47,391 bases of DNA, taken from a virus. Lineage: Duplodnaviria > Caudoviricetes. The translations under genes were made by a program, and so were the position numbers. Shown one piece after another: positions 9,833-17,926 of the stretch. The first letter of the stretch is position 1. Each line of letters begins with the position of its first letter. The notes below the pieces were generated by a model, which was not told where the DNA came from, ran no database searches, and saw only the letters and a list, made by a program, of their open reading frames with translations. The DNA is taken from positions 1-47,391 of the IMG/VR virus record IMGVR_UViG_3300022936_000011. One strand, given 5' to 3'.

Positions 9833-10380
9833 AAACCTTCGTCTGCATCGCCTCCGGCCCAAGCCTAAACGCGCGCGACTGCGAACTCGTCCGGCTGTCA
9901 GGACTCCCCACAATCACCGTGAACAATTCCTGGCAGCTAGCCGCCTGGTGCGATCACCTTTACGCAGGTGATCTCGCGTGGTGGGATGCGAACGTCTCCC
10001 AAGTGCCAGATGGCCCTAAGCGATGGACGTGTACCCGCCAGGCGTCGGCGAAGTACGCTTTGAACCTGCACACCGCTTACGGCGAATATAACAGCGGATT
10101 ACGGGCAATCGAACTGGCCTTCCAGCTAGGCGCGGAACGCGTCTTGCTTCTTGGGTATGACTGCACGGTGCAAGGAGGTACGCACTGGCACGGCGACCAC
10201 AGCGACACAAAAAACCCGGACGAAGCGTTGTGTAGGAAATGGAATCAGCAGCATTGCCGTTTGCAGCAGCGCGATAAGGTCGTGAACTGCTCGCGTGAAA
10301 CGGCCTTGGAATGCTACCGGCTCGGACATCTCGAAAAAGAGTTGCAAAAGGTTGTTGACACTTGTGATGTGCGCGACTAA
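9829..10380 (+). CDS. putative glycosyltransferase-like protein (DUF115/MptE/sialyltransferase-like fold)
   Basis: CIASGPSL, TVNNSW, DHLYAGD, NSGLRAIELAFQLGAERVLLLGYD motifs. Confidence 0.65.
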   Translation: MKTFVCIASGPSLNARDCELVRLSGLPTITVNNSWQLAAWCDHLYAGDLAWWDANVSQVPDGPKRWTCTRQASAKYALNLHTAYGEYNSGLRAIELAFQLGAERVLLLGYDCTVQGGTHWHGDHSDTKNPDEALCRKWNQQHCRLQQRDKVVNCSRETALECYRLGHLEKELQKVVDTCDVRD

Positions 10381-10383
10381 AGT
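10355..10383 (+). promoter_or_regulatory. sigma70 promoter for the non-coding unit
   Basis: TTGACA-17 nt-TAAAGT. Confidence 0.75.
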
Positions 10384-10389
10384 TCGTTT

Positions 10390-10834
10390 TAGCAGGCGGA
10401 ATTGAAGCTGCAGCATTAGATAGGGCCTGCCGCAAACGTCCCGTATGACGTGACAGATCGGAGAGACGATCGCGCTACTAGAGCAGACTGTGGGCCAACT
10501 CGTTAAAAATGCGCCCACTTAGAATTCTGATCAACCAACGCCACTGATGCGGAAGTCGGCAGCCTTAACCGGTATAAGTTTCCGATGTACCGCCAGCTCG
10601 CACATGCGGAATAGTTGCACCAAGGAAATGCACGGGTAAGCTTAGCGGTCTAAAGCTACCGGAAACGGTGATCACTCGTTCGAATCGTGGACCGTGTATT
10701 TCCTTGGTGCAATTACGAGTCGTAGACTCAGGCTTAAATGCGAGAGGCGGCAAGCGAAGGCCAAACCGCTGTGATTGCACCTTATATTTCTCCTGTGCTG
10801 CCCTCCTCAACCCGTCGAAAGGCGGGTTCTTTTT
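10390..10834 (+). ncRNA. putative structured non-coding RNA with a tRNA-like domain
   Basis: ORF-poor ~440 nt between a promoter and a terminator; serial hairpins; 24-bp stem enclosing D-arm and T-arm motifs. Confidence 0.65.
10809..10834 (+). terminator. intrinsic terminator
   Basis: aacccgtc-GAAA-ggcgggtt-cttttt. Confidence 0.85.
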
Positions 10835-10849
10835 AACCGGAGCTTGATA

Positions 10850-11104
10850 ATGCGACGCAAGCAGAAAGTCCCCCCGCTGATTAGTGAATGCTACCCACTG
10901 ATTTTCTGGAAAAATTGTTGTGCTTGCAATTACCAATTTAGAAGGGAGCGGGGATGGCAGAAAATCGCTACTGATATCGCTTTCGAGCCTTTCCGGTATC
11001 TATGCGCTTCGTGCGCACCAGACGAAAGAACCGCAGCAGAAATTTTTAGTTCTAGGCCTTGGCGAGTTCCAATGCCAAAGGTCGCGCCGCCGAGGAAGCC
11101 TTAA
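10850..11104 (+). CDS. small Cys-rich (CxxC..CxxC) hypothetical protein
   Basis: ATG 10850 after GGAG; CCAC and CASC; stop overlaps next start. Confidence 0.55.
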   Translation: MRRKQKVPPLISECYPLIFWKNCCACNYQFRRERGWQKIATDIAFEPFRYLCASCAPDERTAAEIFSSRPWRVPMPKVAPPRKP

Positions 11105-11934
11105 TGATCATCCATGGAATGCGGGGCCTCGGCGACAACCTGTACCAGCGCGCCTTCATCAAAGCGCTGCCCAAACCGCTTTACATCGACACACCCTGGC
11201 CGGAAATTTACCAAGACATTCCCGGTGTCCATTTCCTCCGCCCGCAGACCAATCTGCGCACCCAAGCGAAGAACATCGCGCGCCACGCAACCTGGACGAT
11301 GCCGCCCACGCGTCAACCGACTCGACAGATCCGCTACGGCACCGAGGGAATTATTCCCGGGATGATTGCCAGCTTCGGCGTAATGCCTGGCGAGTTCGAC
11401 CTACCGCCGCTGCCACCTTCGCCCGAGACCGGCCCTTACGTTGTCGTGCGGCCGGCTACGGTACGTAGCGAGTGGCGCGCCGATACGCGTAACCCTACCC
11501 CCGAATATATCTATGCTGCCGCACAGGAAGCGGCGTTGCGAGGGTATAGAGTTATTAGCGTGGCGGACATAGACGACGTGAAAGAATGGTCTGTAGGCTG
11601 CTTGCCGCCCGCCGACGTGCGGTATCACAAAGGCGAACTGCCAGTCGAACAACTACTGGCCCTCGTCAAGGGTGCTGCTGCCGTGATCGGCGGTATCGGC
11701 TGGCTGGTGCCTGCTGCGCTAGCGGCCAAGGTTCCCGCGTGGATCATCTGCGGCGGCCAGGGCGGTTTCAATTCGCCGAAGCAGATCTGCCCGGACGGAA
11801 GTACAATTACCTTTGCGGTGCCGGACAACTTTTGCCGGTGCAAACTCAAGCAGCACAACTGCGACAAGAGGATTTCCAACTATGACGCCAAGCTTACCGA
11901 GTGGGCTGACCGACACCTTTTTATGGTCCCCTGA
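11104..11934 (+). CDS. glycosyltransferase family 9-like (GT-B) protein
   Basis: N-terminal GMRGLGDNL; LLALVKGAAAVIGGIGW..PAALA.KVP typical of heptosyltransferase-like C-domain. Confidence 0.7.
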   Translation: MIIHGMRGLGDNLYQRAFIKALPKPLYIDTPWPEIYQDIPGVHFLRPQTNLRTQAKNIARHATWTMPPTRQPTRQIRYGTEGIIPGMIASFGVMPGEFDLPPLPPSPETGPYVVVRPATVRSEWRADTRNPTPEYIYAAAQEAALRGYRVISVADIDDVKEWSVGCLPPADVRYHKGELPVEQLLALVKGAAAVIGGIGWLVPAALAAKVPAWIICGGQGGFNSPKQICPDGSTITFAVPDNFCRCKLKQHNCDKRISNYDAKLTEWADRHLFMVP

Positions 11935-12502
11935 GAAAGGTCAGGGTTTCCATACTCGGCCAGCGATGCTGTACGGCGGCGAGTATTTCGCTAACTACCA
12001 AAAGCTCGACGCTACCAAGATGGGCGGCCTGCTGACCAAAGCGCGGGTGGAACTGGTAAAGAAGTACATCAACCCGGCTGAAGTCGTGGACATTGGTATC
12101 GGCGGCGGCCGCTTCGTCGAGGAGTCCCAGGGCTGCGGGTATGACGTTTGCCCGGACGCGATCTCCTGGCTGCAAAGCATCTACGCGTATAAAGACCCAT
12201 ACGGCTCTGAAGAGGTTCGGGCGATTACATGCTGGGATAGCCTCGAGCACATCCCAGAACCTGAAAAGCTTCTGGAGCGCGTCAAGGAATGGCTGTTCGT
12301 CTCAATCCCGATCTGCGAGACGGCCAGTGAGTGGGTAGAGTCAAAGCACATGAAGCCCGGCGAGCACATCCACTACTTCAGTCTCCAGGGCTTTATCCGT
12401 TGGTGCGGTATCCACGGCTTCGAGTGCGTCGAAGTGAACTGGGCGGAAACCGAACTTGGCCGTGAAGGCATCGCGTCCTTTGCGTTTAAACGATTATCCT
12501 GA
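11882..12502 (+). CDS. class I SAM-dependent methyltransferase
   Basis: VVDIGIGGG motif I, GYDV, WDSLEHIPEP, EHIHYFS. Confidence 0.85.
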   Translation: MTPSLPSGLTDTFLWSPEKGQGFHTRPAMLYGGEYFANYQKLDATKMGGLLTKARVELVKKYINPAEVVDIGIGGGRFVEESQGCGYDVCPDAISWLQSIYAYKDPYGSEEVRAITCWDSLEHIPEPEKLLERVKEWLFVSIPICETASEWVESKHMKPGEHIHYFSLQGFIRWCGIHGFECVEVNWAETELGREGIASFAFKRLS

Positions 12503-12528
12503 TAACCTTTAAATCTGCCTGAAGCATT

Positions 12529-12560
12529 AAAAGCCCTGACCTAAAAACTCAGGGCTTTTT
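12529..12560 (+). terminator. intrinsic terminator, possibly bidirectional
   Basis: aaaagccctga-loop-tcagggcttttt. Confidence 0.8.
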
Positions 12561-12600
12561 CTTGCCTGTGATAAACTCCCGGCAAACCGAGGGCGATGAC

Positions 12601-13044
12601 ATGGCCGACTGGATCACGTACAAACTGAAGGGCGCTGAAGAGCTGTCACGCGTTTTCAAGACGCTGCCGCAGGAGCTACAGCGCCAAGTCGTCGTGCCGG
12701 CCGCCAAAGACGCCATGGACATCGTGCTAAAGGACGCCATCCGCAGAGCGGCAGCGATCGATGATCCGTCAACCATTCCGGACATTTCCAAAAACATTGC
12801 ACTGGTCGAAGACACCAAGTTTTTCAACGAAACCGGATCCACGAAGATTTCCGTGGGGGTGCGCAAGACCAAACGCGGTCAGCGCGGCGGCAATACGTAT
12901 TACTGGTGGTGGGTAGAACTCGGCACGTCACGCAATCGCGCGCAGCCTTTCATGCGTAACGCGCTGGGGCAGAACCAGCAGGCCGTGTTTCAAGAATTCC
13001 TTTCCTCTGCAAAATTCCAGCTCGTTAAATTGGGGCTCAACTGA
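12601..13044 (+). CDS. HK97 gp10-like neck/tail component
   Basis: YWWWVELGTS...AQPFMRNAL. Confidence 0.9.
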   Translation: MADWITYKLKGAEELSRVFKTLPQELQRQVVVPAAKDAMDIVLKDAIRRAAAIDDPSTIPDISKNIALVEDTKFFNETGSTKISVGVRKTKRGQRGGNTYYWWWVELGTSRNRAQPFMRNALGQNQQAVFQEFLSSAKFQLVKLGLN

Positions 13045-13412
13045 TGGACGTACCTTTCTACACAGTGTGCAAAGCCGATCCCGCCGTCCAAGCGTTGCTC
13101 GGCGGCACGTCCCCGCGGATCTACCCGTTCGGCGAAGCCCCGCAGACCGTAGCTAAACCCTACGTCGTCTACCAGTGGATCGGCGGTGACCCGTTCAACA
13201 TGTTGAACTGCCGCCCCGATGCGGACCGCGCAAGCCTGCAGGTGGACGTGTACGGTCTGACCACACAATCCACGACCACGGTGGCGAAAGCGATCCGCTA
13301 CGCCGTAGAACTCCAGTCCTACATCACCGGTTACCGTGGCGATATGCGCGACGAGGAAACGAAGCTGTACCGGACCAGCTTCGATCTCGACTGGCTGGTC
13401 GAACGGACCTGA
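13044..13412 (+). CDS. tail terminator (DUF3168)
   Basis: RIYPFGEAPQ, PYVVYQ, LQVDVYG, YRTSFD. Confidence 0.85.
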   Translation: MDVPFYTVCKADPAVQALLGGTSPRIYPFGEAPQTVAKPYVVYQWIGGDPFNMLNCRPDADRASLQVDVYGLTTQSTTTVAKAIRYAVELQSYITGYRGDMRDEETKLYRTSFDLDWLVERT

Positions 13413-13477
13413 TTTGCGAAACCCCCGGCGCGTGATATGCTTCCGTCGAACGTTCATTACTCCATGAGGCAACACCC

Positions 13478-13960
13478 ATGACCATCAAGAGCCAGGGAAC
13501 AGACCTGTATACCATCGACCCGGATACCGGCGCCCTGCTGGACGTGGGTTGCATCACCTCCATCGACGGTATCGACACCGCGATCGACCAAATCGAAACG
13601 ACCTGTCTGAATGACCTGTCGCGCACCTACGAAGCTGGCTTGGCCACTCCGGGTGCTGCTACCTTCGGTCTGCAGTTCGATCCGGCTGACGTGAACCACA
13701 TCCGTCTGCACCAACTGAAGACCGCCGGCGTGACCCTCCAATGGGCGATCGGGTTCTCCGATGGTACAGCAGCACCAACTACCGGCACTGACAGCAACGG
13801 CGACGACGAATTCGTTCTGCCGCCTACCCGTAGCTGGCTGACCTTTGAAGGTTACATGAACAGCTACCCATTCACCTTCGCGCTGAACACCATGGTCACC
13901 TCGACCGTTGGCATTCAAGTGTCGGGCGAACCGGTCCTCATTCCTAAGTCGTCGAGCTAA
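13478..13960 (+). CDS. major tail tube protein
   Basis: SQGTDLY, IETTCL, GLATPG, FEGY..SYPF; position in tail module. Confidence 0.88.
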   Translation: MTIKSQGTDLYTIDPDTGALLDVGCITSIDGIDTAIDQIETTCLNDLSRTYEAGLATPGAATFGLQFDPADVNHIRLHQLKTAGVTLQWAIGFSDGTAAPTTGTDSNGDDEFVLPPTRSWLTFEGYMNSYPFTFALNTMVTSTVGIQVSGEPVLIPKSSS

Positions 13961-13963
13961 TCA

Positions 13964-14341
13964 ATGTCCTTGAACCTTAAAGACCTCGTTGCTCAAGGCG
14001 CCTTCGTAAGCGAGCCTTTCGTGAAGCGCCAGATCAAATGGCACAACACGGAAGGCGAAGAGCTGACCGCAGACATCTGCGTGCGCCTGGCGTCGTACCA
14101 CACGATCACCAACACCTGGAAAGCTGCTGAAGGCAACCAGGAACACTTGGCCGCACGTATTGCGACCATGGTGTGTGACGAAGAGGGCGGCCCGATCTTT
14201 ACCGTAGCCGACATCCTTGGCAATACCGGGATCGAAGGCCGCGGTGCGATGTGCGACACGCTGTTCCTCGCACTGATCACTGCGGTTAACGAAGCGCAAT
14301 CGGCAAAGACGAAGCCCCCGAAGACCTCTGGTTCGAACTAG
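13964..14341 (+). CDS. tail assembly chaperone (gpG-like)
   Basis: Between tail tube and tape measure genes; CDEEGGPIFT motif. Confidence 0.8.
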   Translation: MSLNLKDLVAQGAFVSEPFVKRQIKWHNTEGEELTADICVRLASYHTITNTWKAAEGNQEHLAARIATMVCDEEGGPIFTVADILGNTGIEGRGAMCDTLFLALITAVNEAQSAKTKPPKTSGSN

Positions 14342-14631
14342 TCCTGAACGGTATAGGCGGTCGCACGATCGCCGAAGCCCAACAGAACTTGTCCTTGGTC
14401 GAAGCGCGGCACTGGGCTCAGTACATGCGGCGCCATGGGGGCTTGAACATTGCTGAACGCGTCGAGCAGTCCTCCGCATTGATATGCAGTACCGCCGCGC
14501 AGCTTATGGGCAACAAAAACGCAAAGGTCGCAGACTTCATTCCTAACCGGGAATCCGACGACGAACTGCGTTATGCTACGCCGGAAGATTTCTTAAAAGT
14601 TCTGCAAGCCTCTAGGAGACCGCCGCCATAG
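14308..14631 (+). CDS. tail assembly chaperone frameshift extension (gpGT-like)
   Basis: -1 frame reads EDLWFELVLNGIGGRTIAEAQQNLSLVEARHWAQY; candidate slip site GGCAAAG at 14302-14308. Confidence 0.7.
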   Translation, partial: DEAPEDLWFELVLNGIGGRTIAEAQQNLSLVEARHWAQYMRRHGGLNIAERVEQSSALICSTAAQLMGNKNAKVADFIPNRESDDELRYATPEDFLKVLQASRRPPP

Positions 14632-14633
14632 CC

Positions 14634-17411
14634 GTGCAAAGTTTGGGCCAACTTACGGTGGATCTCGTCGCAAATACCGCGGGCTTTGAGCGCGGTATGA
14701 ATCAGGCCGAGCGCGCTTTGGCTTCTGCGACCAAGGAAGCGCAGCGCCAAGGCAACGCCCTGGACAAACTGGTCGGACAGATCGACCCGACCATCGCCGC
14801 GTACTCCCGTCTCGACAAAATGGAGCAGCAGCTCAAAGCGCACCGCGATGCGGGGCGCCTTCCTGTCGACGACTATAATGCGTACCTCGCCAAGCTCAAC
14901 GAGACCCGCAAGGCCGTAGAGCAGACCGGTACCGCGATCGGTAAGAACGCCAAGCAACTAGATGCAAACGGCCTGTCGGCTAAGCAACTCGCCGCCAACT
15001 TGCGCGGCGTGCCTGCGCAGTTCACCGACATCGCCGTGTCGCTCCAAGCTGGGCAAAACCCGCTGACTGTATTCCTGCAACAGGGCGGCCAGCTCAAGGA
15101 TATGTTCGGCGGCATTGGGCCGGCGGCCCGTGCTCTCGGCGGCTACGTTCTCGGCCTCGTTAACCCGTTCACCGTAGCTGCCGCCGCTGCTGCCGTACTC
15201 GCCCTGGCCTATAAGCAAGGCAGCGACGAGACAACCGCATTCACCAAAGCGCTGATCCTGAACGGCAACGCCGCCGGCACGAACGCCGATGCGCTCGCCT
15301 CACAGGCTCAAAGCGTAAGCCAATCCGTCGGCACGGTAGGCGCCGCGGCCAGGGTCTTGGCGCAACTGGCAGCCTCCGGGAAGATCCCGGCGTCCTCGTT
15401 CGACACGATCGCCGTTGCCGCGCTGAAGATGGAAGAGGCGACCGGCAAAGCGGCCGAAGAAACGGTCAAGGACTTCGAGAAGCTGGCGAAGGATCCGGTC
15501 AAGTATTCCAAGGAGTTGAACGACTCCCTCAACTACCTGACTACTTCGACCTACGCGCAGATCGAAGCCTTGCAGCGTCAAGGCGATGCGCAGGGTGCCG
15601 CCAACCTGGCCGAATCGGCTTATGCCGAAGCGCTTACTACTCGCGCGAACAGCATCAAGGACAACCTCGGCTTTGTCGAAAGCGCTTGGCTGTCGGTGAA
15701 GAACGCTGCGAAAGACGCGTGGGACGCTTTCCTAGACATCGGCCGCGAAGGCACGATTGAGCAGAAGCTCAAAGTTCTGAACGACCGGCTCCAAGAGATC
15801 GCGAACGCTGACGCCGTGAACAACAGCCGCGGCTCTGGCGGCTTCCTCGCGCCTAGCGATGATCTGCGGAGGGAGCAGACCGAGAAGGAAATTACCGACC
15901 TGCTTGTACAGCAGGAGGAAAGCCGCAAGCGCGCGCAGGTCACCGCGAACGAAGTCGCCAAGGACAAGAAAGGGATCAACGCTGTCGCCGAGCTGAATAA
16001 AGCCCTGGACGAAACGGCGCCGAAGACCGACAAACTCGCCAAGCGCTTCGCCGAGATCGATAAGCAGGTTGCCGCAGCGGCAGCCCGCGGTGTGCAGTAC
16101 AGCGATGCTCAGATCGCCCAGCTTCGCAAGGCTGCGGAAGAACAGTACAAAGCCGCAGCATCGCCGGCCGCAAAAGCTTTCCGCGAAGACGCCGGCCAGA
16201 AGATGCTCGATACTCTGCGCCAGCAGGCCGCCGCGCTTCAGGTCCAGTCGGATACTACCGAGAAGCTCGGCGTGCAAGCCAAAGCGCTTGCCGCCTTCGA
16301 GCAGCAGATCGCCGACATCAAGTCGAAGGACATTCAGACCGCCGATCAGAAGTCGATCTTGGCTTCTGAGGATCTGTTGCGCGCACAGCTCAAGCGCAAC
16401 GTAGCACTCGAGCAGGAAGTCGCCGCACGCAAACAGGCAACCGACGAAGCCGCCAAACTGGCCGCGTTCCAAGAGAACCAAGCGTCGAAGCTGCAGCAGT
16501 CACAGGAAGGACTTGATTCTTCGCTCGCCGGCCTTGGCTCCGGCGACAAGTTGCGCGAGCGCTTGAAAGAAGACTTGGCGATTCGCAAAGAGTACCAGTC
16601 CGAAGTCGACAAGCTGAACGCGCAGTTCAACAAAGGGCAGATCAGCGAAGAGCTGTTCGACGAGCAGAACGCGATTCTTGAAGAGGCCCTGGCTACGCGC
16701 TTGGTCATGCAGCAGGACTACTACAACCAAGTCGACGCAGCTTCCGCGAATTTCTTCCTCGGCGCCTCGGAGTCGTGGAACAACTACCTGACCGAAGCGA
16801 CTGACGTAGCGGCGCAGACCCAAACGCTTTTCGATGGTGCCTTCAGCGGTTTGACCGATGCGCTGTACGGCTTCGTGACAACCGGCAAACTGTCGTTCCA
16901 AGACCTGGCCGCCAGCTTCGCGCAGACCGCTTTGAAGATGCTGATCCAGTACGCAGCGGCTCAAGCTATCGCCGCGGGCCTGAACGCGTTCACGTCCACG
17001 GCAGCTATCCCGATCATCGGCCCCCTGGCCGCACCGGCTGCCGCAGCATCGGCCCTGGCTTACGCTGGCGGCCTCTCAGCCAGTATCGCGGGAATAGCCG
17101 GTATGGCGCACGACGGTATCGATTCCGTGCCGCAAACCGGCACATGGCTCCTCCAGAAAGGGGAACGTGTGACCACGGCGCAGACCAGTGCCAAGCTTGA
17201 CAAGACCTTGAACAACATAAGCTCGCCAAGCAATATGGGTTCGACTACGGTAAACTTGATCGAAGACGCATCGCGCGCCGGACAATCCGAAGAGCGCACC
17301 GGTGATCAGGGTGAGAAAATGATCGACGTATTCGTAGCGGATCTCTTGGGCGATGGTCGTACTGCTGACGCGATGAGCCGCAAATACAACCTATCGACGG
17401 CAGGTCGCTGA
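14634..17411 (+). CDS. tail tape measure protein (lambda H-like)
   Basis: LGQLTVDL N-terminus, PAQFTDIAVSLQAGQNPLTVFLQQGGQLKDMFGG, long Ala/Gln-rich helical body, GMAHDG. Confidence 0.95.
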   Translation: MQSLGQLTVDLVANTAGFERGMNQAERALASATKEAQRQGNALDKLVGQIDPTIAAYSRLDKMEQQLKAHRDAGRLPVDDYNAYLAKLNETRKAVEQTGTAIGKNAKQLDANGLSAKQLAANLRGVPAQFTDIAVSLQAGQNPLTVFLQQGGQLKDMFGGIGPAARALGGYVLGLVNPFTVAAAAAAVLALAYKQGSDETTAFTKALILNGNAAGTNADALASQAQSVSQSVGTVGAAARVLAQLAASGKIPASSFDTIAVAALKMEEATGKAAEETVKDFEKLAKDPVKYSKELNDSLNYLTTSTYAQIEALQRQGDAQGAANLAESAYAEALTTRANSIKDNLGFVESAWLSVKNAAKDAWDAFLDIGREGTIEQKLKVLNDRLQEIANADAVNNSRGSGGFLAPSDDLRREQTEKEITDLLVQQEESRKRAQVTANEVAKDKKGINAVAELNKALDETAPKTDKLAKRFAEIDKQVAAAAARGVQYSDAQIAQLRKAAEEQYKAAASPAAKAFREDAGQKMLDTLRQQAAALQVQSDTTEKLGVQAKALAAFEQQIADIKSKDIQTADQKSILASEDLLRAQLKRNVALEQEVAARKQATDEAAKLAAFQENQASKLQQSQEGLDSSLAGLGSGDKLRERLKEDLAIRKEYQSEVDKLNAQFNKGQISEELFDEQNAILEEALATRLVMQQDYYNQVDAASANFFLGASESWNNYLTEATDVAAQTQTLFDGAFSGLTDALYGFVTTGKLSFQDLAASFAQTALKMLIQYAAAQAIAAGLNAFTSTAAIPIIGPLAAPAAAASALAYAGGLSASIAGIAGMAHDGIDSVPQTGTWLLQKGERVTTAQTSAKLDKTLNNISSPSNMGSTTVNLIEDASRAGQSEERTGDQGEKMIDVFVADLLGDGRTADAMSRKYNLSTAGR

Positions 17412-17926
17412 TGGCGATTCCTGTCTACCCGGAAGGGCTGCCCTGCCCACTGCGGGAGAACTACGGCTTCACGCCGACGAATAACATTCGGCGCACCCCG
17501 ATGGACAGCGGCCGTGCGCGGCAGCGTATTGAGTTCCCTAACGCTCCGACCATGGTGTCCTTGAGCTGGATCATGTCCGGCCCGCAAGCCATGTTGTTCG
17601 AAGCTTGGGCCGCTCAGATCGTCGGCGCAGGCTGGTTCACCATGACGCTGTTGACGCCCATGGGCTTCAACGAGCACGAAGTCCGGTTCACCGAAGTGCC
17701 GGTCGGCGGCGAGCTTACTGGGAAATTCCTGTGGCGTTACCGTGTCACCTGCGAGCTGCGCAACCGTCCACTGTTGCCGCCAGGGTGGGCGGAGCTGTTG
17801 CCGTCCTTCGTACTGAACCCGGAAATATTCGATTACGCTATGAACGACGAATGGCCTCTTAACCCTTGGCAGGTGTACATTCTCGAAACCGATCAAGCTA
17901 TCAATGAGGAGTGGCCGACGCCATGA
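17411..17926 (+). CDS. distal tail (Dit-like) protein
   Basis: Follows tape measure; RTPMDSGRARQR, GAGWF. Confidence 0.7.
   Translation: MAIPVYPEGLPCPLRENYGFTPTNNIRRTPMDSGRARQRIEFPNAPTMVSLSWIMSGPQAMLFEAWAAQIVGAGWFTMTLLTPMGFNEHEVRFTEVPVGGELTGKFLWRYRVTCELRNRPLLPPGWAELLPSFVLNPEIFDYAMNDEWPLNPWQVYILETDQAINEEWPTP

Noticed and set aside
10382-10408. GTTCGTTTTAGCAGGCGGAATTGAAGC resembles the 3' end of some CRISPR repeats (solitary repeat / RNA anti-CRISPR)
   Set aside because: Single copy, no repeat-type internal palindrome, overlaps the promoter -10 and does not match Pseudomonas I-C, I-E or I-F repeats as recalled
10520-10670. Hammerhead or other small ribozyme (CTGAT... and GAAA present)
   Set aside because: The core CTGATGA is absent and the stems do not form the required junction
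10629-10700. Canonical tRNA gene
   Set aside because: No 7-nt anticodon loop and no CCA, and the T-stem is imperfect; reported as a tRNA-like domain instead
10565-10936. 123-aa minus-strand ORF over the ncRNA region
   Set aside because: Opposite to all neighbouring genes, no clear RBS or motif; the promoter, terminator and G-U pairs point to a + strand RNA
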